Assembly (NCBI GenBank): GCA_913055885.1
Contig: CAJXLG010000001.1
Location: forward strand, 1-62,465
Source: an uncultured Rhodospirillales bacterium
GTDB taxonomy: Bacteria; Pseudomonadota; Alphaproteobacteria; Rhodospirillales; CAJXLG01
Length of the DNA stretch: 62,465 bases
Direction: 5' to 3'
Below are positions 19,359 to 30,130 of the stretch, piece after piece. The translations under genes were made by a program, and so were the position numbers. A model generated the notes under the pieces. It saw nothing but the letters and a program-made list of their open reading frames with translations. It made no database searches and had not been told where the DNA came from. Each line of letters starts with the position of its first letter. The first letter of the stretch is position 1.

Positions 19359-19922
19359 ATGGTCCGCCTCACCCGCATCTATACCCGCAGCGGCGACCAG
19401 GGCGGCACGACGCTGGGCAGCGGCCGGCGCGTCGCCAAGCAGAGCCCGCGCGTCGAGGCCTACGGCACGGTGGACGAGGTGAACGCCTGCCTGGGGGTCG
19501 CACGGCTGCACGTGGCGACGGAGCTGGATGCCATGCTCGCCCGGATACAGAACGACCTTTTCGACCTGGGCGCCGACCTGTGCGTGCCCGAGGACGACGA
19601 ACACGGCGAACGGGCCCTGCGCATCACGGCGGACCAGGTGGCCCGCCTGGAGAGCGAGATCGACACGCTGAATGCCGACCTGCCGGCGCTGGAATCCTTC
19701 GTCCTGCCGGGCGGCACGGCGGGCGCCGCCCACCTGCACCACGCGCGCACGGTGGTGCGGCGGGCGGAACGGCTCATGGTGGACCTGGCCGCCGAGGAGC
19801 CGGTGAATCCCGAGGCGCTGAAGTACGTCAACCGGCTGTCGGACCACCTCTTCGTCGCGGCGCGCGCGGCCAACGCGGCGGGTGGCGGCGATGTGCCGTG
19901 GCGTCCCGGCGGCGAGCGGTGA
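19359..19922 (+). CDS. PduO-type ATP:cob(I)alamin adenosyltransferase
   Basis: IYTRSGDQG, YGTVDEVN, IQNDLFDLGADL, RTVVRRAER, NRLSD. Confidence 0.93.
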   Translation: MVRLTRIYTRSGDQGGTTLGSGRRVAKQSPRVEAYGTVDEVNACLGVARLHVATELDAMLARIQNDLFDLGADLCVPEDDEHGERALRITADQVARLESEIDTLNADLPALESFVLPGGTAGAAHLHHARTVVRRAERLMVDLAAEEPVNPEALKYVNRLSDHLFVAARAANAAGGGDVPWRPGGER

Positions 19923-19942
19923 CGGCGGCCCGCCGCTTGGCC

Positions 19943-19971
19943 TTGAAAGCCCCGGCATGCTGCGTTATGTC
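19943..19971 (+). promoter_or_regulatory. Candidate sigma70 promoter of tRNA-Ser
   Basis: TTGAAA-17 nt-TATGTC just upstream of the tRNA. Confidence 0.55.
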
Positions 19972-19987
19972 TAGCCCACCTGCCTGC

Positions 19988-20077
19988 GGAGGGGTGCCGG
20001 AGCGGTCGAACGGGGCGGTCTCGAAAACCGTTGAAGGCGCAAGCCTTCCGAGGGTTCGAATCCCTCCCCCTCCGCCA
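19988..20077 (+). tRNA. tRNA-Ser (anticodon CGA)
   Basis: GGAGGGG/CCCCTCC acceptor stem, GCGGT-CT-CGA-AA-ACCGT anticodon arm, long variable arm, GGTTCGAATCC T-loop, encoded CCA. Confidence 0.96.
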
Positions 20078-20090
20078 ATTCCGCACGCTG

Positions 20091-20125
20091 AAAAAAGGCC
20101 GCGCGACGAGGCGCGGCCCTTTTTG
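20091..20125. terminator. Intrinsic terminator, possibly bidirectional
   Basis: AAAAAA-GGCCGCGC-GACGAG-GCGCGGCC-CTTTTTG downstream of the tRNA. Confidence 0.8.
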
Positions 20126-20416
20126 TTGTTTGCGGCGATGGCGAGAAGCGGTGCATGGGCTAAGGCCAGCGGCGCAAACAGCGCGACCGCCGCCCGGCCT
20201 ATTCGCGGGCGTACGCCCTTTCCCGCGACACGGAAAGATGGTGTAGGCTCCGCCGTGCGGGGCAGGGCTGTGCGGTTGACCGGCCTTATGGCCCAATCCG
20301 CGCCCCGCAAAGGCGGTGGAATGGCACGATCCCATCAAACCTCTCGCCCTTTCCAAGCATGGGCCGACGCCTGCCCCTCGCAAGAGGGCTGTCGTAAACA
20401 CATGGCGTGGTGAGGC

Positions 20417-21667
20417 TCACGCCAGCCACGCCACCACCAGCCCGGTGGCCGCCGCCAGGGCCAGCGGCCCGGCGGCGTGCAGGCCCAGGCGCGGGCCGCC
20501 GATGGCCAGGGTCATGGCGCCCTTGACCACGCTGTTCACGGCCCCCGCCACCACGATGCCGAGGGCGGCCATGCCCGCCGCCAGATCGGCGCCGCTCATG
20601 TCCGCCAGGGTCAGGGTGATGGCGTCCACGTCCGTGATGCCCGAAACGGCGGAGAGGGCCAGGATGCCGGCGTCGCCGAAGACGGCCTTGAGGCCCTCGG
20701 CCGCCATCATGATGACGGCCAGCAGGGCGCCGAACACCAGGGCCGAGCCCAGCGCCAGGGGGTTGCGCAGCTTCGCCGCCTGCTCGCCGGCCTCTGCCGA
20801 CGGCCGCCGCCACCACAGCAGGGCGGCGCTACCATAGACCACCACGCCCATGACCGCCGCCGGCGCCACCAGGGCCATGAAAAGGCCGGTATCGATCACG
20901 CTGGCGAGCAGCAGCATGCGCGGGAACATGGTGCCGCAGGCGAGCAGGATGCCGGCGCCCAGGATGCGGCTGCTGTCGGGGCTTTCCCGGGCCAGGCGCG
21001 AGAAGTGCAGGGTGAGGGCGGTGGAGGATGCCAGCCCCGCGGCCAGCCCCGTGAGCACCGCGCCCTTGCCCGTCCCGGCGATACGCATGGCGAAATAGCC
21101 GACGAAGGAAATGCCGGCGATGAGCACCACCATCCACCAGATGCGGAAGGGGTTCAGGGCGTCCCACGGGCCGTAGCCCGTATCCGGCAGGACGGGCAGC
21201 AGCACCACCGAGATGAGCAGGAGCTTGAGGGCGGCGTGCAGCTCCCCGGGGGACAGGGCGTCGATCCAGCGGTGCAGGAAGGCCTTGTATTGCAGAAGAA
21301 AGGCGGTGATGACGGCGCCGATGGCGGCGGGCGCCATGAAGCCCTGCACCACGGCGGCCCCGAAAATGAAGGTGAGAAGCGCCGCCACCAGGCTGGTGAT
21401 GCCCACGTCGCTGCGGTGTCGCCCCGACAGGCCGTAGGCGACGACGAAGGCCCCCACCACGCCGACGAAGGCAAAGCCGAGAAACACGGGCCCGTCCGAC
21501 AGCAGGGCGGCGAAACCGCCCAGAAGGCCCACAAGACCGTAGGTGCGCAGGCCCGCCACGCGGCCGCCCTCGCCGGCGTCCCGGTCGTGCCAGCCGCGCT
21601 CCAGGCCGATGAGCAGCCCCAGCGCCAGCGCCACGCCGAGGTCGAGCAGGGGATCGAAGCCGTTCAT
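20417..21667 (-). CDS. MgtC/SapB family membrane protein with DUF4010
   Basis: ALGLLIGLER, AGLRT, NPFRIWWMVVLI, GLASSTA, SGITDVDAIT. Confidence 0.9.
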   Translation of the reverse strand: MNGFDPLLDLGVALALGLLIGLERGWHDRDAGEGGRVAGLRTYGLVGLLGGFAALLSDGPVFLGFAFVGVVGAFVVAYGLSGRHRSDVGITSLVAALLTFIFGAAVVQGFMAPAAIGAVITAFLLQYKAFLHRWIDALSPGELHAALKLLLISVVLLPVLPDTGYGPWDALNPFRIWWMVVLIAGISFVGYFAMRIAGTGKGAVLTGLAAGLASSTALTLHFSRLARESPDSSRILGAGILLACGTMFPRMLLLASVIDTGLFMALVAPAAVMGVVVYGSAALLWWRRPSAEAGEQAAKLRNPLALGSALVFGALLAVIMMAAEGLKAVFGDAGILALSAVSGITDVDAITLTLADMSGADLAAGMAALGIVVAGAVNSVVKGAMTLAIGGPRLGLHAAGPLALAAATGLVVAWLA

Positions 21668-21926
21668 AAGGCCAAAAGACGCCCCGGCGCCCGGCCCTGT
21701 CAACATGCGGGACCGGCCGCCGGCCATCCGTAACGGGGCGGCAACTATTTATTAACCCTTCGGCCCGTTCACGGCCCTGGAAGACCGTTGCGGCCGGTCC
21801 CCGCCCCCTGATATAACTACAAACGCAGGAACCGCCCGGCCGCGCCCGGCGATCCCGGGGGCGCCCACCTACAAATGCGGGTGCAGCGGGGCGATTCGTT
21901 CCAGACGTGTCACGGACCCGGGCCGC

Positions 21927-22673
21927 ATGAGCGACAACGATCCCCCTGTAAAGACCTCCTACACCATCCCCTGCAGCAGCGATTTCCGGGATACGGTGCT
22001 GGATCTGGCCAAGGCGCGCGGGGTCAACGTGGGCGATCTTGCCCGCTCCGTGCTCCTCGTCGTGCCCGCCGAAACCATCGCGGAAGCCCCGGATCCCGGG
22101 GATCCGCCGGCCGAGGACCGGGAGACGGTGATCCTGCGCTCGGGCCCCTCGGCGGGCCGTCCGTGGCGCCGCAAACCACGTTTGCAGGTGCGCATGGCGC
22201 CGGGCTACGAGGTGGCCTTCGTGCGCCGGGCCCTGGGCCTGGCCCTGAGCCTCTGGCGGGGCGAGCGCGGCATCCGCGTCACCGGGCCGGAGGCGGAGAC
22301 GGCGGCCGCGGCGGAAGAGACGACCCCGCCGGCCCGCCAGGCCGCCACCCCCGACGAGCCCACGCAGGCCCGCCTCGCCGAGGCCGACGCGGCGCGCACC
22401 CAGGCCGAGCGCGAGGCCGAGGACCTGCGCGAGGAGCTTACCCAGCTCAAGACCATCGTCAGCATCCTGGCCTTCGACCCCCTGCCCCACGGCGTGCGCA
22501 CCCGGCGCGAGGCCCTGCACGTCCTGGGCTTCCCGCCGGATGCCGAGCCCGAATACCGCACCATCCGCGCCAAGTACCGCATGCTGGCGGCCATCCATCA
22601 CCCCGACGGCCACCACGGCGATCATGAGCGCATGAGCCAGCTCAACGCGGCCATGGAGCTCCTGCGCCGGTAG
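21927..22673 (+). CDS. C-terminal J-domain protein
   Basis: ALHVLGF...IRAKYRMLAAIHHPD...MSQLNAA at the C-terminus; central coiled coil. Confidence 0.85.
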   Translation: MSDNDPPVKTSYTIPCSSDFRDTVLDLAKARGVNVGDLARSVLLVVPAETIAEAPDPGDPPAEDRETVILRSGPSAGRPWRRKPRLQVRMAPGYEVAFVRRALGLALSLWRGERGIRVTGPEAETAAAAEETTPPARQAATPDEPTQARLAEADAARTQAEREAEDLREELTQLKTIVSILAFDPLPHGVRTRREALHVLGFPPDAEPEYRTIRAKYRMLAAIHHPDGHHGDHERMSQLNAAMELLRR

Positions 22674-22691
22674 GCGGTGGCTGGGTGGGTG

Positions 22692-23450
22692 TCAGCTCGT
22701 TGCCTGCCCCATCCACTGCCGCAGCAGGTCGAGGTCCACAAGGTGCCTGCCGTGGCTGGCGCCCTGGTGGACCTGCATGGGGGTGTCCGGGTCGCCCAGG
22801 TGGGAGAGCACGGCCACGGCGCCCCGGAAGGTCTCGTGTTCCGTATAGGGGTTCACCGTGACCAGGGTGGGCACGCCGGCCGCCTTGGCGGCTTCCAGGC
22901 CGTTGGCGGAATCCTCCAGGGCGAGGCACCGTTCCGGCCGCGTTCCCAGGCGCTCCAGGGTCTTGTCGAAGACCTCGGGGTGGGGCTTCTTGTGCTCCAC
23001 CCATTCGCCGGTGGCCACCACGTTGAACCAGTCGAGGGCCGGCTCGTCGGGGGTGCGCCCCAGGAGGGCGTCCACGTTGGCGCGGCTGGTGGTGGTGGCG
23101 ATGGCCAGCCGCGCGCCGGCCTTCAGGGCTTCCGAGAACAGCCGCGTGATGCCCGGGCGCAGGGGCAGGCGCGCCGCCTCGTCCGAGTACAGCTCGGTCT
23201 TGCGGGCGTGCAGGGCCCGGACGTGGGTGTCGATGTTGGGATCCTTGAGGCGCTCGGGGTGGAAACGCTCAAGGTAGTGCCGGATGCGCTCCCGCCCGCC
23301 GGCGACCTTCAGAAGCTCGCCGTAAAGGGCCCGGTCCCACTCCCAGGCCTCCCCGAACTCCCGGAAGGCGGCGTTGAAGGCGGCGCGGTGGGCCTCTTCC
23401 GTTTCGGCAATGGTGCCGTCCACATCGACAATCAGGGCGTCCAGGCTCAT
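22692..23450 (-). CDS. HAD-superfamily hydrolase, CbbY-like
   Basis: DVDGTIAETEEAHRAAFNAAF, WEWD..LY..LL.VAGGRER, KKPHP, EDSANG. Confidence 0.88.
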   Translation of the reverse strand: MSLDALIVDVDGTIAETEEAHRAAFNAAFREFGEAWEWDRALYGELLKVAGGRERIRHYLERFHPERLKDPNIDTHVRALHARKTELYSDEAARLPLRPGITRLFSEALKAGARLAIATTTSRANVDALLGRTPDEPALDWFNVVATGEWVEHKKPHPEVFDKTLERLGTRPERCLALEDSANGLEAAKAAGVPTLVTVNPYTEHETFRGAVAVLSHLGDPDTPMQVHQGASHGRHLVDLDLLRQWMGQATS

Positions 23451-23527
23451 GATCCCGTTCCTCTCGCTACCGTCGGCGGCACGGTAGCAGAGCGGAGGGC
23501 CGGGGTCATGGGGGTTTTACAGGCCGG

Positions 23528-25525
<1,998 letters not shown>

Positions 25526-25528
25526 GAT

Positions 25529-27004
25529 TCAGTCCGCTGTTCCGCTGCCGTTGCCGCGGGCGACGATGGCGCTGGTGCTGTAGCCCTCCGCCAGGGGCGC
25601 CAGTTCCACGCGCCCGCCGTAGGCGTGCACATGGTCCGCGCCCACCACGTTGTCCAGGGCGTAGTCGGCGCCCTTGACGAGCACGTCGGGGTGCAGGGTC
25701 TGGATGAGGGACAGCGGCGTGTCGGCGTCGAAAATGACCACCAGGTCCACGGCCGCCAGGGAGGCGAGCACCAGGGCGCGCGCCGCCTCCGCCTGCACGG
25801 GCCGGCCCTCGCCCTTGAGCCGGGCCACGGAGGCGTCGCTGTTGAGCCCCACCACCAGCCGCCCGGCGCTCTGGCGGGCGTGCCGCAGCAGGCTCACGTG
25901 CCCCGGGTGCAGCAGGTCGAAACAGCCGTTGGTGAAGGCCACCGTGACCCCCTGGTTGCGCCAGCGCGCCACCTGGTCGGCGGCGGCATGGGGGCTCACC
26001 ACCTTGCGCTCCTCCTCGGCCATTTCCTGATGATGCAGGGCGCCCACCAGGTCGTCCACGCCCACCACCGCGGTGCCCAGGCGGCCCACCACGATGCCGG
26101 CGGCGCGGTTGGCCAGCGCGGCGGCGTGTTCCAGGGGCACGCCGGCGGCCAGGCCGGCGGCCACCGTGGCCACCACCGTGTCGCCGGCGCCCGATACGTC
26201 GTACACCTCGCGCGCCCGGGTGGCGAAATGGTGGTCGCCGTCGCCGGTGAGCAGGGTCATGCCGTCGGGTCCGCGCGTCACCAGGACGGCGGTGACGCCG
26301 GCCTGGCGGCGCAGGGCGTGGCCCGCGGCGCGCACGGAATCCGCGTCCCGAACGGGCCGGCCCGTCATGGCGCCCAGTTCGCGCTGGTTGGGGGTGAGGA
26401 GTGTGGCCCCCTGATAACGCGCCGGGTCGCGGCCCTTGGGGTCCACCACCACGGGCCGGCCGGCGGCGCGCGCGGCCTCGATGAGGCGCGGCGCCAGGGC
26501 GGCGTCCAGGACGCCCTTGTGGTAGTCGGACAGGATGAGCGCGCCGGCGTCCGCCAGGGCGGCCTCGGCGCGGTGCGCCACGGCATCGCGCGTGGTGTCG
26601 TCGATGACGGCGGTGGTTTCGTTGTCGGCGCGCAGGAGCTGCTGCCCGCCCGCCACGTAGCGCGTCTTGACCGTCGTGGGGCGCCCGCCCACCCGCTTCA
26701 GGCAGGGCGTCAGGCCGGGCTCGGCGTCGAGCTGGCCGCCCAGGAGAAAGCCCTCGGCATCGTCCCCCACCACGGAGACGAACGCGGTGCGCGCCCCCAG
26801 GGCGGCGAGGTTGCGGGCCACGTTGCCGGCGCCGCCCGGCATGGTGGTTTCGCGCTCGATGCGCACCACGGGGATGGGCGCCTCGGGCGAGATGCGGTCG
26901 GCCGCGCCGTAGACGAAACGGTCCAGCATGGTGTCGCCCACGCACACCACGGCGGCGCCGGCCAGGGCGCGGGCGTGGGTTTCCAGGGCGGCGGCGTCGG
27001 TCAT
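25529..27004 (-). CDS. hldE: Bifunctional heptose 7-phosphate kinase / heptose 1-phosphate adenylyltransferase
   Basis: RISPEAPIPV, SDYHKG, DVSGAGDT, TNGCFDLLHPGH, GLNSD. Confidence 0.95.
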   Translation of the reverse strand: MTDAAALETHARALAGAAVVCVGDTMLDRFVYGAADRISPEAPIPVVRIERETTMPGGAGNVARNLAALGARTAFVSVVGDDAEGFLLGGQLDAEPGLTPCLKRVGGRPTTVKTRYVAGGQQLLRADNETTAVIDDTTRDAVAHRAEAALADAGALILSDYHKGVLDAALAPRLIEAARAAGRPVVVDPKGRDPARYQGATLLTPNQRELGAMTGRPVRDADSVRAAGHALRRQAGVTAVLVTRGPDGMTLLTGDGDHHFATRAREVYDVSGAGDTVVATVAAGLAAGVPLEHAAALANRAAGIVVGRLGTAVVGVDDLVGALHHQEMAEEERKVVSPHAAADQVARWRNQGVTVAFTNGCFDLLHPGHVSLLRHARQSAGRLVVGLNSDASVARLKGEGRPVQAEAARALVLASLAAVDLVVIFDADTPLSLIQTLHPDVLVKGADYALDNVVGADHVHAYGGRVELAPLAEGYSTSAIVARGNGSGTAD

Positions 27005-27966
27005 GGCCGGGCCTCCGGGCCGGGAACAGGGGGGTGCGGCATGGCTTGCGTTTCCGTGTTGCTGGTGTCCAGGCGCCCGCCGCCCCGGCGTGCCGCCAGG
27101 GCGACCCGGGTGGCGGCCAGCGCCGCCGCCGCCGACAGGGGCGGTGCGCCGGTGGCCGCCGCGCGGGTGAAGCCGGCGGCCAGGGCCCGCGTGCCGGCGT
27201 CCCAGCGGGCGGTGCCCTCCGTTTCGGCCATGACGGGCGCGCCGTCAAGCGTCACCGTGCGGGCCGGCGTCATGGCTTCCAGGCGCGCCGGCCCGTCGGG
27301 GGCGCCGCCCAGGGCGCACAGGATGCGGCCGCCGCCGGCCAGCTCCACCACGGTGGTGAGTCCCCGGCGCGTGGGCGTGGCGCGCACGGTGGCGGGGGCG
27401 GCGTCGGCCAGGTAGAGGGCCAGGTCCAGAAGGCGCACGAGGGTCATGGCGCCCAGCCGGCCGGCCGGGGCGCGCACGCTCACCACGCGGGCGCCGCCGG
27501 CGCGGCGGACGCGCCGCGCCGCCCGGCCCGCTTCGCGCCCGAAACGACCGGGCAGGGCCGGCACCAGGAAGCCCGGGCCGGCGGCGACGGCGGCTTCCAG
27601 GGTCTCCAGGTGGGCTTCCTCCGCCACCAGCGGCGGCTCCGCCAGCACGGCCTTGCCGGCGCGCACGGCGCGCGCCGCCATGGGGCCCGTGGCGCGGCCG
27701 CCGCCGGCCACCAGCACGGCGTTGATGCCGGGGTGGGCGAGGACGGTGACGGGGTCCGTCTCGGCCGTGGGGAAACCGTAGGCGACGGCGGCGCCCACCG
27801 CCCCGCGGCCGCCGTGGCTCACCAGGACGGCGGGATCGGCGCGGGCGCGCAGGGCGCCCACCAGGCCGCCGCAGACAAGCGGCCCGGCGGCGATGAGCCC
27901 CAGGACGCAGCGTCCGGCGGGCGGCAGGCCCGGCTTGTGGAACCGGGGAACGGCGGACTCGGTCAC
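27001..27966 (-). CDS. Divergent Gfo/Idh/MocA-like protein
   Basis: GTG start and stop both overlap neighbours; VLAHPGINAVLVA and AGKAVLAEPP resemble the family but are degenerate. Confidence 0.55.
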   Translation of the reverse strand: MTESAVPRFHKPGLPPAGRCVLGLIAAGPLVCGGLVGALRARADPAVLVSHGGRGAVGAAVAYGFPTAETDPVTVLAHPGINAVLVAGGGRATGPMAARAVRAGKAVLAEPPLVAEEAHLETLEAAVAAGPGFLVPALPGRFGREAGRAARRVRRAGGARVVSVRAPAGRLGAMTLVRLLDLALYLADAAPATVRATPTRRGLTTVVELAGGGRILCALGGAPDGPARLEAMTPARTVTLDGAPVMAETEGTARWDAGTRALAAGFTRAAATGAPPLSAAAALAATRVALAARRGGGRLDTSNTETQAMPHPPVPGPEARP

Positions 27967-28664
27967 GTCTGCAGGAACCGTCTCGTTGTGCCTTCCAGGA
28001 CGACGCAGGTGAGATGGCCGGTGGCGAAGGCCCCCGTGTCGATGCCGATGCGGTTGGGCTGCTCGTCGATCCCGCGGCGGATGGTGTGGCCGTGCACCAC
28101 CATGGTGCCGTGGTCGCGCCGGTCGCTCAGGAAGGGTTCGCGCACCCACATGAGGTCGTGGCGCGCCTGGTCCGCCAGGGGGCGGCCGGGCATCAGGCCG
28201 GCGTGGACGAAGAGGTAGTCGCCCACTTCGTGGTACAGGGCGAGATCGGCGAAAAAGGCGCGGTGGGCGTCGGGCAGGGCCGCCTCCAGGGCGCTGCCGG
28301 CATGCCCCGGGTCGTCCACGCCGACGCCGTAGGACTCCAGGGTGGCGTTGCCGCCGTTGAACAGCCACAGGGCGAGGGATTCCGGGTCCGACATGGCGGC
28401 CAGCATCATGTCCTCGTGGTTGCCCATGAGGCACACCCTGGGCCAATCGGCGGCCAGCACCCGGTCCACCACGCCCCTGGTGTCGGGGCCGCGGTCAACG
28501 TAGTCGCCCAGATAGACCACCAGCACCTCGTCCGGCGGGTGCCGGTCCAGGTCGGCGCCGATCTGCTTGTGCAGCCGTTCCAGGAGGTCGGCCCGGCCGT
28601 GGACGTCGCCCACGGCGTAGACGCGCAGGCCCTCGGGAACGGCCGGCGCGGGTCTCTCCGTCAT
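27963..28664 (-). CDS. Metallophosphoesterase (PrpA/ApaH-like Ser/Thr phosphatase family)
   Basis: GDVHG, GDYVDRGP, GNHE, FVHAG, HGHT, IDTGA. Confidence 0.92.
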   Translation of the reverse strand: MTERPAPAVPEGLRVYAVGDVHGRADLLERLHKQIGADLDRHPPDEVLVVYLGDYVDRGPDTRGVVDRVLAADWPRVCLMGNHEDMMLAAMSDPESLALWLFNGGNATLESYGVGVDDPGHAGSALEAALPDAHRAFFADLALYHEVGDYLFVHAGLMPGRPLADQARHDLMWVREPFLSDRRDHGTMVVHGHTIRRGIDEQPNRIGIDTGAFATGHLTCVVLEGTTRRFLQT

Positions 28665-28767
28665 TGCGCGGCACTCCCCTCTGGTTAGAGTGGGTCCGGG
28701 GGTGCTATGCCTCCTGAGGAAGAGCGTGGGCGCAGCGCGCGTCCGATGCAACAGGCGAAGGCCGTCC

Positions 28768-30108
28768 ATGCAGCAACCCACGGGCCAGACACAGCAGCGG
28801 GCGCTTCACGAATACCAGCTTGTCGAGCTGGCCGAGCGCATCCAGAACAACCCCCAGGGCTGGTACGCCGTGGCGCTCCATCTGTCGCGCCTGAGTCCGG
28901 TGAACCGGCGGGAGAGTCACCTGCGCGTGGCGCTCCGGCTCATCGACGGCTTCGTCCAGGCCTACCGGCACCACGTCTTTCACCTGGTGAACGACGACGT
29001 GGTGGTGGCGGTGCAGGGCATGCGGCTCGCCGACCTGGACGCCCTGATCTACCGCCTGCGGGCGCTGTTCGCCAACGATCCGCTCACCTACGAGGACGCC
29101 GGCGACGGCCGCGATCCGTTCTGCACCTGGTACGACCTGGTGGCGGCGCCGGAGGGCTTCGTGGACATGGCGCGCCGGGCCCAGGCGGAGGCGCAGCGCA
29201 CCGGCGGCCGCCGCACCCGCGCCCAGGCCCTGCCCACCATCGACCCGGCGACGCTGGAGCGCGCCGTGGGCGTGCTCCAGGAGACGCGGGTGCTGGACAT
29301 GGTCCGGCGCCAGCCCGTCATCCATGTGCCCGAGGGCGGTTCCGTGGCGAGCGGCATCTTCCAGGAGTTCTATTTCGCCATCGCCGAGGTGCAGAAGGCC
29401 GTGGCCCCGGACGTGGCGGTGACGGGCGACCGCTGGCTCTTCCAGCACCTGAGCCGCGAGCTGGACCGGCGCATGCTGGCCGAGGTGGCGGGCCTGGAGC
29501 TGGCCCACTGGCCGCCCGAGCTGTCCCTCAACCTGAACCTCGCCAACGTCGATACCCAACCCTTCGAGCGCGCCGTCGAGCGGCTGCGCCGGGCGGGCAC
29601 GCGGCTCGCCGTGGAGTTCCAGGTGATGGACATCTTCGCCGACCTGGACCTTTGGTTCCGCATGCGGGACAGCCTGCAGGCGGCCGGGCACCGCGTGGTG
29701 CTGGACGGGCTCAACGCCATGTCGCTGGGCTTCGTGGACGTGGGCCTGCTCGCCCCGGACCGGGTGAAGATGACGTGGAGCCCCGAGCTGGCGCGCGTCA
29801 TGGGCAGCCGCGAGAGCGAGCTGCGCCAGGGGCTTGAGGCCGTGGGGCTGGAGCGCGTGGTGCTGGCGCGCTGCGATTCGGAGGCGGCCATCCGCTGGGG
29901 CCAGCAGGAGGGCCTCGGCCTGTTCCAGGGCCAGTACGTGGATGCCATGATGGCCGCCGTCACCAAGGCGCAGTGCGGCAGGGACTGCGCCTGTTCCTTC
30001 AAGGACGTCATCCGCCGGCGCGGTGTGGTGAGCCCGGACCGGCGGCGCAAGTGCAACAATCCGGACCTGCACGACAGCATTCCGGACATCACCCTGCCGG
30101 GACGCTGA
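28768..30108 (+). CDS. Degenerate EAL-domain protein, paralogue 1, with Cys-containing tail
   Basis: RRQPV, RWLFQHLS.ELD, LSLNLNL, VVLDG, LFQG follow EAL-fold topology without EAL or DDFGTG. Confidence 0.75.
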   Translation: MQQPTGQTQQRALHEYQLVELAERIQNNPQGWYAVALHLSRLSPVNRRESHLRVALRLIDGFVQAYRHHVFHLVNDDVVVAVQGMRLADLDALIYRLRALFANDPLTYEDAGDGRDPFCTWYDLVAAPEGFVDMARRAQAEAQRTGGRRTRAQALPTIDPATLERAVGVLQETRVLDMVRRQPVIHVPEGGSVASGIFQEFYFAIAEVQKAVAPDVAVTGDRWLFQHLSRELDRRMLAEVAGLELAHWPPELSLNLNLANVDTQPFERAVERLRRAGTRLAVEFQVMDIFADLDLWFRMRDSLQAAGHRVVLDGLNAMSLGFVDVGLLAPDRVKMTWSPELARVMGSRESELRQGLEAVGLERVVLARCDSEAAIRWGQQEGLGLFQGQYVDAMMAAVTKAQCGRDCACSFKDVIRRRGVVSPDRRRKCNNPDLHDSIPDITLPGR

Positions 30109-30130
30109 ACCATTGCCGGGACGCTGACCC

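Noticed and set aside
19988..20416. tRNA-Ser as island attachment site, or SRP RNA nearby
   Set aside because: No integrase or duplicated tRNA 3' end seen; no SRP domain IV motif
21745..21775. CtrA box in the AT-rich patch
   Set aside because: Only a TTAACC half-site; no TTAA-N7-TTAA
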